Shown: positions 20,731-30,299, counted from the first letter of the stretch. The stretch is 64,000 nt of DNA from an uncultured Chloroflexia bacterium (GCA_963778955.1 CAVZWI010000001.1:147980-211979); one strand, 5' to 3'. The notes: generated by a model not told the origin, from the sequence alone. Numbers and translations are program-made.

Positions 20731-21444
20731 ATGGCCGACCGCGAGCCCGGAGCCGTCCCCGACGACCCCCTCGACTGGGCGCCCATGCGCGCCTACCGCG
20801 GGCGTCGCGTGTTCGACATCCGCGACCCACTGCTGGAGCCGCTGTGGAGCGGCACGCGTGCCCTGGCACACCTGAGCACCGAGCCGGAGGCCGAGCCCCA
20901 GGTGACGGTGACGCTGATCGAGGAGATGGGCGCGGACGTGACGCCCGGTCTGCCGCTGCTGGCAGCAGCCCTGGGCGATGCCTTCATGGCCCTCGATGCC
21001 GTCGTGGATGGCGTCATCAGCCGGCAGGTGATGCTCGATGGGGTCGGCGCCGCGGCCATCCCCGAGGTCCACGGCCGTCCGACCCAGATGTTCGTGCGCA
21101 GCGGCATCGACTTCGACGTGACGGCGCGCAACGTCATCGACCAGCTCGGGGCGGACGCGGAGATGATCGATGGCTTCGTGGCCGTGGATCTGATGAGGCT
21201 GGACGGCGCCGACCTGCTGGACGTGCCGCTGCTGGAGCGCAAGCGGCTGCTGGAGAGCATCATCACGCCGGGTCCGCTGGTGCGTCTCTCGAGCCACGTT
21301 CGACCACCCATCGAGAGCTGGGTCGCCACCTGGAAGGCGATGGGCTTTCGCGGCGGCATCCTCAAGGCCGCCAACAGCCGCTACCACCCCAACGACGACA
21401 CCACCGAGTGGCGCATCGTGGACCGGATCAGCCAGCGCCGCTGA
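20731..21444 (+). CDS. ATP-dependent DNA ligase-like adenylation-domain protein, predicted inactive
   Basis: Ligase-like layout: EPLWSGTRALAHL in place of motif I EPKxDGxR, FVAVDLMRLDGADLLDVPLLERKRLLE (motif III region), and GFRGGILKAANSRYHP in place of the EGxxxK region. 237 aa with no OB domain. Confidence 0.6.
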   Translation: MADREPGAVPDDPLDWAPMRAYRGRRVFDIRDPLLEPLWSGTRALAHLSTEPEAEPQVTVTLIEEMGADVTPGLPLLAAALGDAFMALDAVVDGVISRQVMLDGVGAAAIPEVHGRPTQMFVRSGIDFDVTARNVIDQLGADAEMIDGFVAVDLMRLDGADLLDVPLLERKRLLESIITPGPLVRLSSHVRPPIESWVATWKAMGFRGGILKAANSRYHPNDDTTEWRIVDRISQRR

Positions 21445-21519
21445 GTGAGGGCGGGCAGCATCGGCCGTCGCCGGCCCGACTGGGGAACCGGCTCTTCCCT
21501 ATTGGGCTAGTCTCACCGC

Positions 21520-22921
21520 ATGCCTGAATCGAGCCCTCCCCGAAGCGCTGGCCGCAGAGGTCGAGCGACTTGGCCCCGCCGACATCATGGTCGGCATCCC
21601 CAGCTTCAAGAATGCCGCGACCATCGGCCATGTCACGCGCGCCGCGCAGGCCGGCCTGGTGCAGTACTTCCCCGACAGCAAGCCCGTCCTGGTCAATGCC
21701 GACGCCGGTTCGCCCGACGGCACCGGACGGGTCGTGGTCGAGACCCAGCCGCCCGACTACGTGGAGCGGATCCTGCTGGTACGACCACGCAACCGGCTGC
21801 AGCGACTCTCTTTGACCTACCCGGAGGTCGACGGTGTGGGCGGCAAGGGTGCGGCCTTGCGTACCATCTTCCAGATCGCCGAGGCACTCAAGGTGGAAGC
21901 GCTGGTGGTGGTCGACTCCGACCTGCGCTCCATCGTGCCCGAATGGATCGAGCTGCTGGCGGGGCCCATCCTGAAGGGTGGCTTCGACTACGTGACGCCG
22001 CTCTACCAGCGCTACAAGTACGACGGCACCATCACCAACACCGTCACCTATCCCTTCACGCGCGCCTTGTACGGACTCCGCATCCGCCAGCCCATCGGCG
22101 GCGACTTCGGCGTCAGCGGCGACCTCGTCACGCACTACCTTGACCAGGCCGACTGGACGCCGGACATCTCCAAATTCGGCGTCGACATCTGGATGACGAC
22201 CAAGGCCATCACCGGCGGCTTCGCGGTCAGCCAGACACGCCTGGGCGCCAAGATCCACGATCCCAAGGACCCCGGCGCCGACCTGGGCCCGATGTTCAGC
22301 CAGGTCGTCTCGACCATGCTGCGCCTGACCGTGCAGCATGCCCAGAGCTGGCTCGAGGTGCGCGGCTCCCACGCCGTGCCGACCTACGGCTTCGAGCGCT
22401 ACGCCGATCCGCCACCGCTGGAGGTCGATGTGACCCGCCTGCTGGGCGCCTTCGCCAGGGGACGTGTGACGGTCGGCGAGGCGTGGCAGACGCTGGTGTC
22501 ACCGTCGCGCATGGAGGCCTTGGACCTGCTGGCCACCGAGGCCGCGGAGGTGCTGGATGAGATCACCCGTGCCGACACGCCCACCTCCGCGGACGATGCC
22601 GAGTTCCACTTCAGCGACGACCTCTGGGCCCGCATCATCTACGACCTTGCGCTGGCGGCGCGTGGCGACAGCATGGACATGGATCACATGATCGCGGCGC
22701 TGGTACCCATCTACTTCGCGCGTGTCGCCAGTCTCGTCATCGAGGCCCGCGACATGACCACGCAGCAGGCCGAATTGCTGGTCGAGCGTCAGGCGCGAGC
22801 GTACGAGCAGGCCAAACCGGGCTTCGTGGAGCGCTGGCGGGCCGGTGAGGGCCTGAGCCCGCGCAAGGCCAAACGGCCAGCCAAGTCGCCCAGGTCGGCC
22901 AGCAAGGGGAAGAAGGCATGA
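21520..22921 (+). CDS. GT-A fold glycosyltransferase, mannosylglycerate/glucosylglycerate synthase-like (5' end uncertain)
   Basis: Contains VGIPSFKNAATIG, GKGAALRTIF, VVVDSDL (DxD) and IRQPIGGDFGVS. The frame stays open and protein-like upstream of ATG 21587 (ALPEALAAEVERLGPADI). ATG 21520 joins it if one nucleotide is removed at GAATC 21526-21530. Confidence 0.75.
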
Positions 22922-24861
22922 CCACCGACTCCGGGCTCCCCAAGTCCATCGTCATCCCGCTGGCCAACCCGCGCACCGCGTCGGACCTGGTGCGCATCGG
23001 CGCCGCACTGCTGCAGGAGGGCGGTGCCATCACGGCGCTCTCGGTGGTCGAGGTGCCTGAGGGCGTGCCGCTCTCGCAGGGCGCCACGCGTGCGCGCCAG
23101 GCTCGCCGGTTGTTGCAGCGGGTGCTGGAGTTCACGCCCGAAGGCATCGAGCTGCGCACGGTCGTTCGCATCGGCCGCCGTGCCGACGAAGGCGTGGTCG
23201 AGGTGGCGGCCGAGGAAGAGGCCGATCTCATCCTCTTCGGCTGGGGCGGACCGGACCGTCGCCACCACAGCGTCGCCGAGCGGGTCGCCGACCAGGAGGA
23301 GTTCCATCCGGTCTTCAGCCCCACCATCGACGAGGTCATCCGCGAACGTCCCTGTGACATCGCGGTGGTGAAACAGCGCGGCGTGGGCGACGTGCAGCGC
23401 ATCGTGGTCCCCATCCGCGGTGGCCCACATGCGGAGCTGGCACTGCGTTATGCGTCCGCGCTGAGCGAAGCCTTCGGGGCCGAATTGGACGTGCCCACCG
23501 TCATCGCCCCGGGCCTGGACCCCGCGCTCCGCGAGCGCTACCAGCGCAACCTGGGGCTCTTCGTCCAGCGCCACCACGGCGATGCGGCGGTGGCACGCGT
23601 GGTCGAGGGCGAGGATGTCACCCAGGCCATCCTGGCTGAGGCCAACAGCGCACAGCTGGTGATCATGGGTGCCACCGCATCCGCGCTCGACAGCCCCGGC
23701 GCGCCGCTCTTCGGCCAGCTCGTCGAGCACGTGGCACAGGAGGCCGAGCCCACCGTCATCGTGGTCAAGACCCGCGACGTGCCCACGCGCGCCACCTTCG
23801 TCGAGCGCGCCCTCGAGAACGAATCGCTGGAGGCGGCCGAGCAGGCCGCATCGGCGGTGCGCTCGCTGCCGGCCAGGGTCGATCGCTGGTTCGGCGAGTC
23901 GTCACGCGAGTACCGCGAGTTCTCCGACCTCAAACGGCTGGTGGAGCTCAAGGAGAAGCGGGGCCTGACCATCTCGGCCGTGCTGCCCACGCTCAACGAA
24001 GCCGAGACCATCGGGCCTATCGTGCGCGCGGCCCGCCGCGAGCTGATGAAGGTGGTGCCGCTCGTCGATGAGCTGCTCGTCATCGACTCCGATTCGAGCG
24101 ATGACACCCGCCGCATCGCCGAGGAGGAAGGCGCCCGCGTCGTCGTCCACCAACAGGTGCTGCCCAGGTATGGCGCGCACGAGGGCAAGGGCGAGGCGCT
24201 CTGGAAGAGCCTCTACGAGACCAGCGGTGACCTGGTGGCCTGGTGTGACACCGACGTGCGTGATTGGGACCCACGCTTCCTCTACGGCACGTTGGGCCCG
24301 CTGCTGACCGAGCCTCGGCTGGGCTATGTCAAGGCCTACTACCAGCGGCCCATCGTGGAGGCTGGTGTGCTTACCGAGGGCGGCGGCGGCCGGGTCACCG
24401 AGCTCGTCGCGCGACCACTGATCAACCTCTTCTTCCCCGAGCTGTCGGGCTACATCCAGCCCCTCTCGGGCGAGTACGCCGGCCGACGCGAGATCCTCGA
24501 GGACATCCCCTTCTTTGCTGGCTACGCGGTCGAGATCGGGCACCTCATCGACCTGGCCGACAAGATCGGCATCGACGGCCTGGGGCAGGTCGACCTGGAG
24601 ATCCGCCACCACCGCAACCAGGACCTGGAGGGCCTCTCCAGGATGGCCTTCGTCATCATGCAGGCGGTGATGAAGCGGCTCGAGACACGCGGCAAGACCC
24701 GGCTCATGGGTGAGCTGGGGACGTCGATGAAGCTGCCCCGCTCGGCCGGGCACCAGCTGTCGCTGGACGTGCTCGACCTGGCCGACATCGAACGGCCGCC
24801 GATGAACCAGATCCCCGAGTACCGACGCAAGCGCGGTCTGCCCGAAGACCCAGGTGGCTGA
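22918..24861 (+). CDS. gpgS: tandem universal-stress-protein domains fused to glucosyl-3-phosphoglycerate synthase (GT81-like)
   Basis: Two USP-like halves (SIVIPLANP...LILFGWGG and RIVVPIRGG...LVIMGAT), followed by ISAVLPTLNEAETIG, VIDSDSSDDT, GKGEALW, VAWCDTD and GYAVEIGHLID. ATGA overlap with the upstream gene. Confidence 0.85.
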   Translation: MTTDSGLPKSIVIPLANPRTASDLVRIGAALLQEGGAITALSVVEVPEGVPLSQGATRARQARRLLQRVLEFTPEGIELRTVVRIGRRADEGVVEVAAEEEADLILFGWGGPDRRHHSVAERVADQEEFHPVFSPTIDEVIRERPCDIAVVKQRGVGDVQRIVVPIRGGPHAELALRYASALSEAFGAELDVPTVIAPGLDPALRERYQRNLGLFVQRHHGDAAVARVVEGEDVTQAILAEANSAQLVIMGATASALDSPGAPLFGQLVEHVAQEAEPTVIVVKTRDVPTRATFVERALENESLEAAEQAASAVRSLPARVDRWFGESSREYREFSDLKRLVELKEKRGLTISAVLPTLNEAETIGPIVRAARRELMKVVPLVDELLVIDSDSSDDTRRIAEEEGARVVVHQQVLPRYGAHEGKGEALWKSLYETSGDLVAWCDTDVRDWDPRFLYGTLGPLLTEPRLGYVKAYYQRPIVEAGVLTEGGGGRVTELVARPLINLFFPELSGYIQPLSGEYAGRREILEDIPFFAGYAVEIGHLIDLADKIGIDGLGQVDLEIRHHRNQDLEGLSRMAFVIMQAVMKRLETRGKTRLMGELGTSMKLPRSAGHQLSLDVLDLADIERPPMNQIPEYRRKRGLPEDPGG

Positions 24862-26020
24862 GCGCTCGTTGCGCGTCCTGGTGGCGCCCGACTCCTTCAA
24901 GGGCACGTTCTCGTCGGTGGTCGTGGCCGACGCCCTCGCCTCGGGTTGGTCGGAGGTGCGGCCGGATGACGAGGTCTTTCTGACGCCGATGGCCGACGGC
25001 GGCGAGGGCACGCTCGATGCGGTCGAGGCCAGCGGCGGCTGGGACCGCCATCGGGTCGCGGCCAAGGACCCGCTGATGCGCACGCTGACGGCCTCCTTCC
25101 TGCGCGACGGCGATCGTGCCGTGGTGGAGATGGCTTCGGCATCGGGGCTCTCCTGTGTGCCCGATGAGGAGCGCGACGCCATGGCGGCGACGACCTTCGG
25201 CACCGGCCAGATCCTGGCTGCCGCCATCGGCCTGGGCTGCCGTGACATCGTCATCGGCCTGGGCGGGTCGGCCACCACCGATGGCGGTGCCGGGCTGCTC
25301 GAAGCGCTGGGTGCCCGCTTCCGCGATGCCGGCGGTGGCGACCTCGGTCCGGGCGGCGGTGCCCTGGGCAAGCTGGCCAGCGTCGATCTCACGGAGCTGT
25401 CGGAGGTGCTCGGCGAAGTGCATTTGACGGTGGCGTCCGATGTCACCAACCCCCTGCTGGGCGAGCGTGGCGCGGCCGCCACCTACGGCCCACAGAAGGG
25501 CGCCACGCCCGAGCAGGTCGCGGAGCTGGACCGCAACCTGCGCCGCTACGCGGACCTGCTCGAGGGCAGCGTGGGCCGGCCGTTGCGCTACGAATCCGGG
25601 ACCGGTGCGGCCGGTGGCACCACCTTCGGCCTGCTAGCCATCGCCGATCGTTTCGCCGCCTTCGAGGTGCGCCCCGGGGTCGACGTGGTCATGGAGCTGA
25701 CCGGTTTCGACGAGGCCGTCGCGTCAGCCGACCTGGTGTTGACCGGCGAAGGCATGGTCGATGGACAGACCGCCTACGGCAAGACCGCCATGGGCGTGGC
25801 CGAGCGGGCGCGTGCCGCCGGTGTCCGGGCGGTCTGCTTCGGCGGCGGTGTCATGCCCGACGGCGCCGAGTTCATGCACGCCAGGGGTGTGGTCACCATG
25901 CCCATCACGGAACGACCGATGAGCCTGGCCGAGGTCAGGTCGGCCGGCACGGCACCGATCGAGCGGGCTGCTCAGCGGGTGGCGGCGTTGGTCGATCTGG
26001 CGGGAGAGCTGGCGCGATGA
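24854..26020 (+). CDS. glycerate kinase
   Basis: VLVAPDSFKGTFS, GLGGSATTDGGAG, PLLGERGAAATYGPQKGA and VLTGEG. 8-nt overlap with gpgS. Confidence 0.9.
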   Translation: MAERSLRVLVAPDSFKGTFSSVVVADALASGWSEVRPDDEVFLTPMADGGEGTLDAVEASGGWDRHRVAAKDPLMRTLTASFLRDGDRAVVEMASASGLSCVPDEERDAMAATTFGTGQILAAAIGLGCRDIVIGLGGSATTDGGAGLLEALGARFRDAGGGDLGPGGGALGKLASVDLTELSEVLGEVHLTVASDVTNPLLGERGAAATYGPQKGATPEQVAELDRNLRRYADLLEGSVGRPLRYESGTGAAGGTTFGLLAIADRFAAFEVRPGVDVVMELTGFDEAVASADLVLTGEGMVDGQTAYGKTAMGVAERARAAGVRAVCFGGGVMPDGAEFMHARGVVTMPITERPMSLAEVRSAGTAPIERAAQRVAALVDLAGELAR

Positions 26021-26901
26021 GCGCGGGTACGGGTCGCAAGCCGACCGAACGGCGCAAGCCCGCCGAGCGGCGCAAGCCGGCAAAGCGGCGCAAACCGGCA
26101 AAGCGGCGCAAGGTCGACGCCATCAAGCCCTGGGCCAAGCGGCTGAGGCAGACCCGCCCGCAACTCGTGGAATACGTGCTCCAGGGCGTGCAATCGCTCT
26201 ACGGCGTGCCGGAATGGAAGCGCGTGCTGGATCCGACCTCGGAGCTGGTGCTCACCATCCTGACCCAGAACTCGGCTGACATCAATGCCGAGAAGGCCTT
26301 CGATGCGCTGCGCCGAACCTATCCTTCGGACGCGGCCTTCGTCGAAGCGGGAAGCACCCTGGACTATCGGCCCGGCTGGGGCGGCAGCGGCTGGTCCCGG
26401 CTGCCACCGCCTGACTGGATGCGTGTGGAGTCGGCGCCCATCGAGGAGCTCACCGATGTCATCCGCCCGGCGGGCCTGGCCAATCAGAAGGCGCCGCGCA
26501 TCCAGGCCTCGCTGGCGCGGGTGCGCGAGGCTCGCGGCGACCACTCGTTGGAGTTCCTCGGCGAGATGGAGCCGGCCGCGGCGCGCGACTGGCTCACGGG
26601 CATCGACGGCATCGGTGTCAAGACCGCCTCCGTGGTGCTGATGATGTCGTTCGGCATGCCGCTCATGCCGGTCGACCGCCACGTGGACCGCGTGTCCAAG
26701 CGCATCGGCTTGATACCGGCCAAGGTGTCGGCCGAAGATGCCCACGATCGCTACCTGGCGCTACTGGAGCCGGAGCAGTGCTATCCGCTGCACGTCGGGC
26801 TCATCACGCACGGTCGCCGGACCTGTCATGCGCGGCTGCCCGCTTGCGATGCCTGCCCTATCGCACCCCGCTGCCGTTTCGTCGACCGGCACGCGCCGTA
26901 G
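26017..26901 (+). CDS. endonuclease III-like HhH-GPD DNA glycosylase with Lys/Arg-rich N-terminal tail
   Basis: GIDGIGVKTASVVL (HhH plus Lys), VDRHVDRV (Asp), and the C-terminal 4-Cys cluster CHARLPACDACPIAPRC. ATGA overlap with the glycerate kinase gene. Confidence 0.85.
   Translation: MSAGTGRKPTERRKPAERRKPAKRRKPAKRRKVDAIKPWAKRLRQTRPQLVEYVLQGVQSLYGVPEWKRVLDPTSELVLTILTQNSADINAEKAFDALRRTYPSDAAFVEAGSTLDYRPGWGGSGWSRLPPPDWMRVESAPIEELTDVIRPAGLANQKAPRIQASLARVREARGDHSLEFLGEMEPAAARDWLTGIDGIGVKTASVVLMMSFGMPLMPVDRHVDRVSKRIGLIPAKVSAEDAHDRYLALLEPEQCYPLHVGLITHGRRTCHARLPACDACPIAPRCRFVDRHAP
26045..26122 (+). repeat. 18-bp in-frame tandem repeat, about 4.3 copies (CGCAAGCCNNCNNAGCGG)
   Basis: Units start at 26045, 26063, 26081 and 26099, with a partial unit at 26117. 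They encode RKPTER RKPAER RKPAKR RKPAKR RK. Confidence 0.9.
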
Positions 26902-26932
26902 GTCGCGGCGGTTGCACGCTGGGGGCCCGTGT

Positions 26933-27039
26933 GTCGGCCCGGTCCGGTGCGGTGCCTCGTGAGGCATCGGCTGGGGCACCTGAGGGTCGGCCCGATCCGG
27001 TGCAGTTCTTCGCCATTTGTCGGCTGGGGCACCGTAAGG
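26933..27039. repeat. imperfect tandem duplication of a unit of about 53 bp in an intergenic spacer
   Basis: GTCGGCCCGGTCCGGTGCGG...CATCGGCTGGGGCACCTGAGG is followed by GTCGGCCCGATCCGGTGCAG...TTGTCGGCTGGGGCACCGTAAGG. Confidence 0.75.
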
Positions 27040-27333
27040 CGAGGATCGTCGTCCGGCCGGCCCCACTGGCCGGTTCGCGATCCACGAGTGTGGGGAGATT
27101 TCTGAGCGTGGTAGGGCATAGTTCGGGCTGCGAGCCCAGCGACCATCGGATCCTGGCGGTCACATTCCGCCACGAACGGACGCAACACCGACGATCGACG
27201 AAGAACACGCGAAGTCAGCGACATGGCTTGCGAAGCGCTGCCGATGTCAGACGCTGCCTCGATGGCCCGCGAGTCGTCACGCTGATCCGCACTGTCTCTT
27301 GTCCGAGTGACAGTCTGAGGCGGAGGGCTCTTC

Positions 27334-27801
27334 GTGACTGAGATGCCAGCCGGACCGCGCACACCTCCGCGTTGGTCCATGCGTGCCTTCTGGATCGGCC
27401 ACCGGGCGGTGCTGCGCCTGACGCGCGGGCACGTCGGCCTGCGGCGAGCCAGACCCGATCGCTGGGGCATGCTCCGACTCCAGACGCTGGGCCGGCAGAG
27501 TGGCCAGGTCCGCAGCGCCATCCTGGGCTATCTCGAGGATGGCGAGGACCTGCTGCTGCTCGCCACCAACGGCATGGACGAGCGACCACCCGCCTGGTGG
27601 CTCAACCTGCAGACCACGCCCGACGCCATCGTCGACCTGCCCGATGGCCAGCGCGACGTGCGGGCGCGAGAGGCGGTCGGCGGGGAGCGGGAACGCTTCT
27701 GGGCGAGGTGGCTCGACCAGGGCGGCGGGCTGGAGCAAGACGCCGCGACGCTCGAACGTGAGATCCCGGTGATCGTCCTGGAGCCGCGCCCGCGGACGTG
27801 A
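27334..27801 (+). CDS. deazaflavin (F420)-dependent nitroreductase (DDN) family protein
   Basis: LQTLGRQSGQVRSAILGYLEDGEDLLLLATNGMDERPPAWWLNLQ...ERERFWARW, about 155 aa. GTG start preceded by GGCGGAGGG. Confidence 0.8.
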   Translation: MTEMPAGPRTPPRWSMRAFWIGHRAVLRLTRGHVGLRRARPDRWGMLRLQTLGRQSGQVRSAILGYLEDGEDLLLLATNGMDERPPAWWLNLQTTPDAIVDLPDGQRDVRAREAVGGERERFWARWLDQGGGLEQDAATLEREIPVIVLEPRPRT

Positions 27802-27836
27802 CGGATCCTCCGCTGGGATGTCTACCGTGGTGATAT

Positions 27837-28202
27837 CTACCGCAGGATGGCGACGACGGCGCTGACCACCAGCACCGCGATCACGGCGATGGCAAGTCCG
27901 ACCGAGCGGCGGTCACCCACGCTCGAATACTCCCACGCCGTCACGACCAGCCCGAGGAGCGGTGTCACCACCACCACGTAGACGCCCAGCGTCGCCCACG
28001 CCCACGGCGTGAACGCCAGCAGCCCATCGAAGACCGCGGTGATGTCGGTCATGCTGCCGCGTCCCGGCTCCGAGCCGGCGATCTCGAACGCCACGGCCAC
28101 CACGAAACAGGCTGCGGCCAGAAGCGCTCCGCCGCTCAGAGCAGCACTGGTGTAGCGACGCGGCGCGTGTCCTGCCGGATGTCCGGTCGGATGTCCGGTC
28201 AT
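27837..28202 (-). CDS. DUF1634-like small membrane protein
   Basis: 121 aa from ATG 28202, with two or three hydrophobic helices. It overlaps the stop of the upstream TauE gene by 4 nt. This pairing with TauE/SafE genes is common. Confidence 0.65.
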   Translation of the reverse strand: MTGHPTGHPAGHAPRRYTSAALSGGALLAAACFVVAVAFEIAGSEPGRGSMTDITAVFDGLLAFTPWAWATLGVYVVVVTPLLGLVVTAWEYSSVGDRRSVGLAIAVIAVLVVSAVVAILR

Positions 28203-29026
28203 GTGCCCAGGAACTCCGCGAACATGCTCACGGCGAACACCGCAGCCACGACCACGAAGGCCATCCGCAACACGTTCTGCGACAGCTGCATCGACAGGCG
28301 GGCACCCAGGCGGGCACCGACGATGACGCCCAGCGCTACCGGTGCCGCCAGCAGCGGATCCACCCGGCCTGAGACGGTGTAGACCGTGGCGCTGGCGGCC
28401 GCCGTGGCTGCCAACATGTAGGTGCTGGTGGTGGTCGCGACGCGGATGGGCACGTGCATGAGCACGTTCAGGGTGGGTACGTTGATGACACCACCGCCAA
28501 CGCCCAGCAAGCCACTGATGTTGCCGGACACGAAGGAGACCACGGTCCCGGGCACGATTCGCCGCGCCTGGTATTCGATCTCCTCGCCGCTGGTGGGCTC
28601 GACGTACGATGAGGCGAAGCCCGAACGATCGGCGTCGCCATCGACGGGAGGGTGGACGACCGGGTGGCGGACCTGCCACAGCATGCGCAAGGCCACGCCC
28701 GACAGGAGCAGCGCGAACAGCAGCGACAGGGTGCGACCATCCAGCCGTCCCGCGGTCAAGCCGCCGGCCAGGCCACCAAGCGCTGCGGCCACCAGCAACA
28801 ACAACCCCAGGCGGCGATCGGCGATGCCGCTGTGGATGTACCGGGGGCTGGCAGACAGGGACGTGGCGATGACACCGATGAGGCTGGCAGCGATGGCCGT
28901 CTTGAGGTCATAGCCAAGACCCACGCTGAGGACAGGCACGATGACGAGGCCCCCGCCGATCCCGACCAGGGAGCCGAAGCCACCCGCAGCGACGGACACG
29001 AGGAAAGCGAGGAGCGCTGCGCTCAC
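28199..29026 (-). CDS. sulfite exporter TauE/SafE family permease
   Basis: 275-aa polytopic membrane ORF with repeated G-rich helices (GGFGSLVGIGGGLVIVP, GLLGVGGGVINVP). Confidence 0.85.
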   Translation of the reverse strand: MSAALLAFLVSVAAGGFGSLVGIGGGLVIVPVLSVGLGYDLKTAIAASLIGVIATSLSASPRYIHSGIADRRLGLLLLVAAALGGLAGGLTAGRLDGRTLSLLFALLLSGVALRMLWQVRHPVVHPPVDGDADRSGFASSYVEPTSGEEIEYQARRIVPGTVVSFVSGNISGLLGVGGGVINVPTLNVLMHVPIRVATTTSTYMLAATAAASATVYTVSGRVDPLLAAPVALGVIVGARLGARLSMQLSQNVLRMAFVVVAAVFAVSMFAEFLGT

Positions 29027-29102
29027 GCTCGATCGCTCGCGGTCGCCTCGCTCGTTCCGACTGGTTGCACGCCATTCAGGATAGCCGGGCTACCATCAGG
29101 CC

Positions 29103-30299
29103 ATGACGATGTTCGCTGATCTCGAGCCCCGCGCACCGGACGCCATCCTGGGACTGATGGAGCGCTTCCGCGCTGACGACCGACCCGACAAGGTTTCGCT
29201 TGCCTCGGGCGTGTATGTCGATGAGACTGGCACGACCCCGGTGCTCGACACCGTTCGCGAGGCCGAGGCACGCATCCTGGCAGCTCAGACGACCAAGGTC
29301 TACAAGCCCATCGGTGGCGATCCTGCCTACATCGGGCCGGTGCGTGACCTGGTCTTTGGCGCCGACCATGCGGCCGTGATGGGCGGCCGAGTCGAGACCA
29401 TCCACACGCCCGGTGGCACCGGCGCCCTGCGCGTGGCGGGCGACCTGGTGGCCGCCATCGCACCCGGCGCCGCGGTGTGGCTCTCCACGCCGACCTGGCC
29501 CAACCATCCGCAGGTCTTCGAGGCCGCCGGCCTGCCCATCCGCAGCTACCCGTATCTCGGCGCGGACGGCGAGTTGGACGTCGAGACCATGCTCAGCGTG
29601 CTGCACGCCGTCCCCGCCGGAGACGTGGTGGTGCTGCACGGCTGCTGCCACAATCCCACCGGCATCGATCCGCAGCCTGCGCAGTGGGCGCGCATCGCCG
29701 ATACGCTCGCTGAGGCCGGCGCCTTGCCGCTGCTGGACTTCGCCTACCAGGGCTTCGCCGATGGCCTGGCCGAGGATGCGCGCGGCCTGATGACGCTGCT
29801 GGCACGCGAGCGCACGATGCTGGTGGCGAGCAGCTTCAGCAAGAACTTTGCGCTCTACGACGAGCGTGTGGGTGCCTTGAGCATCGTCGGGGCAGATGCG
29901 GCCGAGACCGCCACCTTGCTCTCGCACGCCAAGTCCGCGGTGCGAGCCAACTACTCCAACCCACCCGCCCACGGTGGAGAGATCGTGGCCACGGTGCTGG
30001 CCGATGAGGAGTTGCGCGCCCGCTGGATCGACGAGGTCGGCATGATGCGCGACCGCATCAACGGCAATCGGGCCAGGTTCGTGGCGGGGCTCGGGGCGGC
30101 CGCTGCGCCGGGCGACCATGAGGCGCTGCTGCGCCAGCGGGGCATGTTCTCACTGCTGCCGCTGGGGGAGGAGCGGGTGGCCAGGCTACGCGACGAGTTC
30201 GCTGTCTACGTGGTGGGCAAGGGCCGGGTCAACGTGGCCGGCATCACCGAGGCCAACCTGGAGCCGGTCTGCCGTGCCATCGCAGCGGTGACTGCCTGA
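29103..30299 (+). CDS. aromatic/aspartate aminotransferase (class I, AspC/TyrB type)
   Basis: DKVSLASGVYVDETG, GGTGALR, HNPTG and SFSKNFALYDERVG (PLP lysine). Confidence 0.9.
   Translation: MTMFADLEPRAPDAILGLMERFRADDRPDKVSLASGVYVDETGTTPVLDTVREAEARILAAQTTKVYKPIGGDPAYIGPVRDLVFGADHAAVMGGRVETIHTPGGTGALRVAGDLVAAIAPGAAVWLSTPTWPNHPQVFEAAGLPIRSYPYLGADGELDVETMLSVLHAVPAGDVVVLHGCCHNPTGIDPQPAQWARIADTLAEAGALPLLDFAYQGFADGLAEDARGLMTLLARERTMLVASSFSKNFALYDERVGALSIVGADAAETATLLSHAKSAVRANYSNPPAHGGEIVATVLADEELRARWIDEVGMMRDRINGNRARFVAGLGAAAAPGDHEALLRQRGMFSLLPLGEERVARLRDEFAVYVVGKGRVNVAGITEANLEPVCRAIAAVTA

Noticed and set aside
26902-27333. Housekeeping RNA (RNase P, SRP, tmRNA or 6S) in the long spacer
   Set aside because: I found none of the conserved strings I know, such as GAGGAAAGTCC for RNase P, the SRP domain IV motif, or tmRNA tRNA-like ends.
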